Origin: Tubiluchus corallicola
Lineage: Eukaryota; Animalia; Priapulida
Assembly: GCA_030141605.1 (NCBI GenBank)
Contig: JAQGDQ010000028.1
Coordinates: 620,001 to 684,000, forward strand
DNA length: 64,000 bases
Reading direction: 5' to 3'
Under the pieces are notes generated by a model. The model did not search any database. It was not told the DNA's origin and saw only the letters and a list, made by a program, of their open reading frames with translations. Of the stretch, positions 62,645-64,000 are shown piece after piece; position 1 is the first letter of the stretch, and each line of letters opens with the position of its first letter. Made by a program: the position numbers and the translations under genes.

Positions 62645-64000
62645 CTGAAAATATACCACTTAAATTAGAATTTGAACACAACTCTCAGTCGTCAAGAAAC
62701 GTACTCCAAGTCTGAGTATAATAACAAAGTTATCAGCAAAAGTTTTTATTTGGTCCAAAGTATGAGATACATCAGTAACATAAGTTTGAGCAAATTTATT
62801 ACAGCAGCTACAAAACACTAGTCAAACATCGGAGTAACTTGGTTCATTTCCAAAAGATTCTAGTCAACCACACTTGCATACAAAAATTAAACAAATCAAG
62901 TTGGCAGTTACACTAATGCTGACCACGGTATAAACTTTAACTGTCTGTTTGACAATGATTTCAGACAGGGTCTATTTTCAATTCATCTGATAAAAATATA
63001 ATGAAATGTCATATATTTTTTATAGTGCACATTACCAAACTGTATTTTGTAATGTGATATGATAAGGACTCTATATACAAAATACTGTAATAAAACATTC
63101 TGAAAACACGTATTAACTTGGTACCATCACTGTGCTGGCAATACGTGTTAACCTGGCACCATCACGATGTTGAAAACTAATGTCCAGGGCAGTTCGATCT
63201 ACCAATAAACTGACAATGTCCTGGACGACTGGGAGTGTGAGCAGTGAATCGTTGTTAACCAGACGTTCTGTAACATTTTATCAATCCTAAGCTTTGGAAT
63301 AAATGATTGAAATTCTATGCAAAACTAAAGATGTACAGAAAATTTTCAAAATCTGGTTTTAAACCCTTCATTGCCACAATAAAATAGTGTTCATACATGG
63401 GTTTCAGTTTTTTATATCCCATTCAAAGTAAGCTAGCATTTTATGAAATGGACATGACAAGTCACAGCTATGTACATCACTATCGTCATCTGATATCTTA
63501 TCAGGGCATTATCAGATGCATTATTATAAATAGTGTCTTCTTCAATAAATCATCAATGTAACTGTAATGATCGTTGCTACAATGAAATCGCATGATCATC
63601 ATAAGCCTAAGTGACACTAGGCCCATTTAAAAGAGGCAGTAAGTGTAAAACACAAAAAATAATTACCTCTGTACTGTTGGTTTTTATCACAGTAGCCACC
63701 TGGTGAATAGTAGCCGAACCGAATGCTCCTAAATGTCGACTAATCTCGCAAAAATTCTCTTCTAACTTTTCGTGGCACGTGAATTTTTCTTCCACCTTTT
63801 CACAACACTTTCTATTTCTCATTGCCTTTAGCATGATGACAGTTTGTCATGTATTAATAAAAAATCCTTTAACGATGAATAAGTCTATGTACAATATCAC
63901 AGATAGAGCATCTGCTTAGTGAAGCAGGTCGAGGTTCGTTCGATGATCCGCAAGTTGTTAGCTACATTGCGCCAAACCGTATTTATATTTCAGTCTAGAT

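Overview
AT-rich, intron-containing genomic DNA from a metazoan, most likely an invertebrate; it is not prokaryotic. Four spliced protein-coding genes were reconstructed exon by exon, all with GT-AG introns in consistent phase. They are the 5' part of exportin-5 (XPO5, minus, runs off the left edge), a complete L-lactate dehydrogenase (minus, 8 coding exons, 337 aa), a complete CPSF2/CPSF100 (plus, 17 coding exons, 761 aa) and a DUSP8/16-type MAP-kinase phosphatase (minus, first exon not identified, about 590-aa unique tail). Introns and intergenic DNA contain transposon debris: pogo/Tigger deletion derivatives, a degenerate Academ-like element, several MITE families, CR1/L2-like LINE 3' fragments, tRNA-derived SINE heads and microsatellites. 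Most short ORFs in the track are spurious. I found no convincing new multi-gene system. The best leads are the Academ-like element, a DR1-carrying MITE family, the atypical LDH, candidate beta-TrCP degrons in the DUSP tail and a small structured-RNA candidate upstream of CPSF2.
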